Position numbers and translations under genes: made by a program. Under the pieces are notes generated by a model. It saw only the letters and a list, made by a program, of their open reading frames with translations. It did not search any database and was not told the DNA's origin. From positions 1 to 64,000 of IMG/VR virus record IMGVR_UViG_3300028805_000067: DNA of 64,000 nt. The stretch is one strand, 5' to 3'. This document shows positions 60,401 to 64,000 of the stretch, in pieces. The number at the start of each line of letters is the position of its first letter. Within the stretch, counting starts at the first letter, position 1. Source of the DNA: a virus (lineage: Duplodnaviria; Caudoviricetes).

Positions 60401-62393
60401 TGATGAGATGGAAAGGTGAGGACAATTTCAAGAAAAGATTTAACGGAGGAGAAGCAAGATGAGCAATTTGTATAATTTAAAAAGCTGTCCGTTCTGCGGC
60501 TCTAAAGCGTACTTTAAAACAATTAGTAGTGTCTCGAATGCAAGCAATCGGGGTGTTGGATATGAATTTAAAATAGCTTGTAATAATCATGACTGCCGTG
60601 TCTCAACACCAAAAACATACAAAATTGGTATGAAATTAAATGAGGTCGGTGAAATAAATATATACTGTGATGAAAGGATAAAAGCTGTTGAAGATTGGAA
60701 TGCGAGGTATAAAGGAGAAGAATAAAGGAGGAATAAGCATGGCTGATATAGAATTAGTAATTAAGATTCCCGAAAATTATGATTTATCAAAGATATAAAA
60801 TGGGAGTATTGCAAGTAAAATGATTCTTAATGCTGTAGCAAATGGCAAACCCTTACCAAAAGGACATGGAGATTTGATTGACAAAGACAGATTATTAGAT
60901 GAATTGGAAAAGACGGTTAAATCTGTTGATGATACTAACAGACATTTTCTATTTTGGGATAGAGCCGTTGCACACATTCATCTATCAAAGCCAATCATTG
61001 AAGCAGACAGGACAGAAAGGGAAAACAATGAGTATTTTTATTAAGGGGATTGATATACCAAAATGTTGCGATGAGTGTGTACTTAAATACGATATTAAAT
61101 GTAAGTGTTATATTGGCTATCATCATCAGGATACAAGCAGGGCAAGTAAATGTCCTATCATAGTAGAACCAAATGACATGTCACTTTCAAGAGAAAAACA
61201 AAATAATTTGTATAAAGATTTATGCCAATATAAGAGCATTCTTGATCAAACAGTAAATAATCTTGATATTACACAAGGCGATTTTCTTTATGGCAAATGG
61301 TTGGCATATACAGATTGTTTAACTATGATAAATGGCATAATAAATAAGTATAAGAATGCGGGAACGGGTAGTGAGGCAGAATGCTAGCAGCGTCCGCCGC
61401 TTTGCATTTTCTTAAAATTTTTGATATAATATATATAGAAAATAAGAAAAGAGGTTATAAAATATGTTGGAATTAACAATGAATTGGAAAGATGATCATA
61501 CAAATGTAACAATACAGCAGAAAGAGGCAGATTTTACTGAGGATACTCCACTTTGTTACTCAGACGCTACAGACACTGCTTGTACGGCTGCCGCAGATAC
61601 TTTTAGAAATATACTGATTGCTGCTGGATATAGCCAGCAGACTATAGCTAAATATATGGTAGATGCTGGTCTGAGTTTGATGTTTAATACAGCGTCCCCT
61701 GCAGAATTTAATGATTACATGAATCAGATATATAGAGATTGGGAGGATTGAAAGTGATTTATTCAAATGCAGCTAAACAAGCGTTACAGAATCTAACGGA
61801 TTATTGTGAATATATAGAAGAACAAAATATCCGCCTCGCAAAAGAAAATGAAAAATTGAGAGATAATGCGTATAAAGACAAAGAATTAGCAGAATTGCGA
61901 GAAAAATACGACAAGCTAGCTAAGGAAGCGTTTGTTCTTCCAGATGAAATACAAAAGAAAGTAAATGAACATAGTGAGAAGTATCATCATTATGGATTCA
62001 ATTATACTTTTGGACCATGTGCAGTTGGAACTTGGTATAATGTCAAGTGTGATAGATGTGATTGTGGTTGGGAGGTTGATGAGTTTTTCTAATGATTATA
62101 GTAATGGCAATTTGTTTGTTAACTATTGCGGTAATTATGGTTAGTAATTATGCAAGTGAAGTAAAGAATTATGAGAAGGATGATTGGTTTCTATGATAGA
62201 AGTAGTGTGTGAAGTAAGAGCTTGTCCGTATAATTTTGAGAAGTTGTGCGGGCGGCAGTTGGTGCGGATTGGGGTTAATGGCGGTTGCCGCCAACTATAT
62301 TTAAAAGACGGGAAACCTAGTCCAAGAGCAAATGAAGTAGAAGAAAATGCGAAGCGTGATATAGAAGGTTATGAGGTGGCGGCAGAGCAGTGA
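57445..62393 (+). other. Cluster of ~17 short early-type ORFs (57445, 57678, 58013, 58282, 58622 lipoprotein-like, 58950, 59270, 59506, 59832, 60007, 60459 Lar-like Zn finger, 60739, 61028, 61464, 61739, 62184)
   Basis: Tightly overlapping ORFs with RBSs after class-1 promoters; LKSCPFCG motif in 60459; three paralogs with NG.PLPKGHG.LID..PTIIEAD (58950, 60007, 60739). Confidence 0.7.
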
Positions 62394-62431
62394 ATCCCGC
62401 CGCCTTTTTTTATTGATTTTAAACAAATTAG

Positions 62432-62691
62432 TTAAAAAGTGATAGTCCTCGATTAATAAATTGGTTAAAAAGTGATAGTCGGGGTTTAATAAATTATTAG
62501 TATTTTGTTAAAAATTTGAACAAGTTATTGGTAATATATATAATGGTTGCCGCAAAGACAAAAATTTTAGTTAAAAAGTGATAGTCGGGGTTTAATAAAA
62601 ATATAATGATTTGTTAGAAAAATACACAAGTTATTGGCAGCATTTAAAAAGCAGCCGCCGCATCTTAAATTTTTATTAAAAAGTAATAGTC
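62432..62691 (+). repeat. Iteron-like direct repeats TTAAAAAGT(G/A)ATAGTC x4
   Basis: Copies at 62432, 62465, 62571, 62676. Confidence 0.85.
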
Positions 62692-62775
62692 ACATTTTAA
62701 CAAAATTGGTCTTTTTACTAAAAATTACTAATAAGTTCTTTCAATATAAGTAAAGAAACATAGGAGGAAAAAATT

Positions 62776-63555
62776 ATGGCAAATTATAGTAGTATACCAA
62801 TACCAATTGTTACTAAAGTGATAGATGAGGAGACACATAAAATGATTGGTTCTGAAAGTGTGTTAAATAATAAAAGAGTTGATTTGCAAATTTTTGGATT
62901 TTTTCAGGTGAATAGTTTATTAATTGATGGTAAGTGGTATAATGATGATGGTGAGCTAATAGATACTAAAATTAGGTATATTCCTAAAAAGGGCAATACG
63001 CAAGAGCAATTGTTCAATAAATTTAAAAAGTATCTAGAAGAATATAATGCAAAGGTAGTGAAAGAAGAGTATAAGGTGAAGATATGCAGCTACTCTACCT
63101 TCCGTTCCCGCTTTAAGGATTTAAAAATGTATCAAATGATAGTTGAAACTACTATTGATATAGGGGGCGTTGCTACTAAAGTTTATAAGATTCAAACGCA
63201 GTTTAATATTTTTCAATATGTGCCTAAACCAACAATGGAACAGCTGGCTTATGGTACCAATAGTGCTACTATTAAGGTGTATGGGTATCTGTTGAATAAG
63301 TATAAGATGGCGCAAGAGAAAGGTGAAGATACAATCTTTTCTTCTATTGAGTTGCTGCGGATGTTGGGTATGTCGGATACCTACGGGGATAATTATAAAC
63401 ATATCAAGGCTATCTTATATACTTTACAGATATACGGGCTATTAGATTACTGTTGCTGGGTAGAGAAAAAAGATGGGGAGATAGTACAAAAGAAGAGGGT
63501 ACTTAGTATGAGTGTGGATTTGAAATCTATGGGGTATGCCATCTTTAGGGTTTAG
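62776..63555 (+). CDS. Putative replication initiator / winged-helix DNA-binding protein
   Basis: IKVYGYLL...FSSIELLRMLG...IKAILYTL...GLLDY wHTH pattern; flanked by repeats. Confidence 0.5.
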   Translation: MANYSSIPIPIVTKVIDEETHKMIGSESVLNNKRVDLQIFGFFQVNSLLIDGKWYNDDGELIDTKIRYIPKKGNTQEQLFNKFKKYLEEYNAKVVKEEYKVKICSYSTFRSRFKDLKMYQMIVETTIDIGGVATKVYKIQTQFNIFQYVPKPTMEQLAYGTNSATIKVYGYLLNKYKMAQEKGEDTIFSSIELLRMLGMSDTYGDNYKHIKAILYTLQIYGLLDYCCWVEKKDGEIVQKKRVLSMSVDLKSMGYAIFRV

Positions 63556-63885
63556 TAACAAAAAAATTTATTAAAAACCTATGCGGGCCTCGTAAAATTT
63601 TTATTAAAAACCTATAGGATTTAAATATAAATATGGTTTTACTCGCTTCGCTCGTAAAACCATATTTTAATATGAATATTTTTCAACTGCTTCGCAGTTG
63701 AAAAGAAAGCTCGCCGTTCGCTGCGCTCACAGGTTCGCAATCGTTCAACCATTTGTGCGAGCGCAGCGAGCAAAAAAAGATCTTTTTTCTACAAGGGTAA
63801 GAAGAGGTGGGAAGAAAAATTTTTTAAAAAATTTTTTTAAGAGAGAGAATGGTACTCTCTATTTTTTTATTTTAGAAGGGAAGGG

Positions 63886-63977
63886 TTTTTATCTGAGAGA
63901 ATAATTTTTTATTTAAGAATGATTTTTTATCTGAGAGGCTATTTTTTTGTCTGAGAGAGTATTTTTTATCTGAGAGG
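63886..63977 (+). repeat. Four TTTT(A/G)TCTGAGAG direct repeats
   Basis: Visible near 63887, 63925, 63945, 63964. Confidence 0.75.
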
Positions 63978-64000
63978 TGGAGGCCCAGCCAGCACAATAT

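Larger units (their letters stand above)
1516..61437. promoter_or_regulatory. Class-1 promoter family (~20 copies): TTGAAA-type -35, AAAATTTT spacer, extended -10 TGATATAAT, then ATAATTGTAA
   Basis: Minus strand near 1516, 4090, 9247, 14460, 14720, 29757, 31078, 33060, 34621, 34701, 36312, 50977, 52261, 52341, 52926, 56120, 57058; plus strand near 14781, 57232, 57375, 61403. Confidence 0.85.
12379..62750. promoter_or_regulatory. Class-2 promoter/regulatory motif TGGNC-N31-(ATAWATA-like), 8 copies
   Basis: TGGNC starts at 14815, 24787, 62707 (+) and 12422, 32086, 43336, 49361, 50364 (-); AT box begins 36 nt downstream in each. Confidence 0.65.

Noticed and set aside
419-63904. Antisense and alternate-frame ORFs in the track (e.g. 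419, 538, 4815, 15671, 30105, 32927, 33772, 34431, 49838, 63698)
   Set aside because: Shadows of real genes or RNA genes, without RBS or protein-like composition.
1-64000. Genome-wide stop-codon reassignment
   Set aside because: Long genes are intact in code 11 and end in TAA, TAG and TGA; no suppressor-anticodon tRNA; only two internal TAA noticed.

Overview
AT-rich segment of a large lytic-type tailed phage, probably infecting Firmicutes/Clostridia (AGGAGG Shine-Dalgarno sites, sigma-A-type promoters, CCA-less tRNA genes). Left to right: (1) DNA/RNA metabolism and lysis genes on the minus strand, 1-14.7 kb: membrane-anchored GIY-YIG nuclease, NAD+ DNA ligase, radical SAM protein, GyrA/GyrB-like topoisomerase II, RNase HI, amidase endolysin with holin-like genes, PIN-PhoH, metallophosphoesterase and polynucleotide kinase; (2) tail fibre/spike and accessory genes, 14.9-28.8 kb; (3) a dense RNA-gene island, 28.8-34.6 kb, with 11 tRNA genes, a ~625-nt ROOL-like large ncRNA and several smaller structured RNAs; (4) an Rnl2-type RNA ligase and baseplate/tail genes, 35-49.3 kb; (5) small early-type genes including an Rnl1-type RNA ligase, diverging at ~57.1 kb; (6) an iteron-like repeat region and putative replication initiator at the right end. 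The main discovery is a tRNA-Lys gene split in its anticodon by a 776-nt insert that itself folds as a tRNA and carries an HNH endonuclease gene in place of its anticodon loop. This suggests an intron class excised by host RNase P and RNase Z and sealed by phage RNA ligases. The mechanism is inferred, not demonstrated. The island also holds two circularly permuted tRNA mimics with YrlA-like topology. All calls were made by eye, with no database searches.
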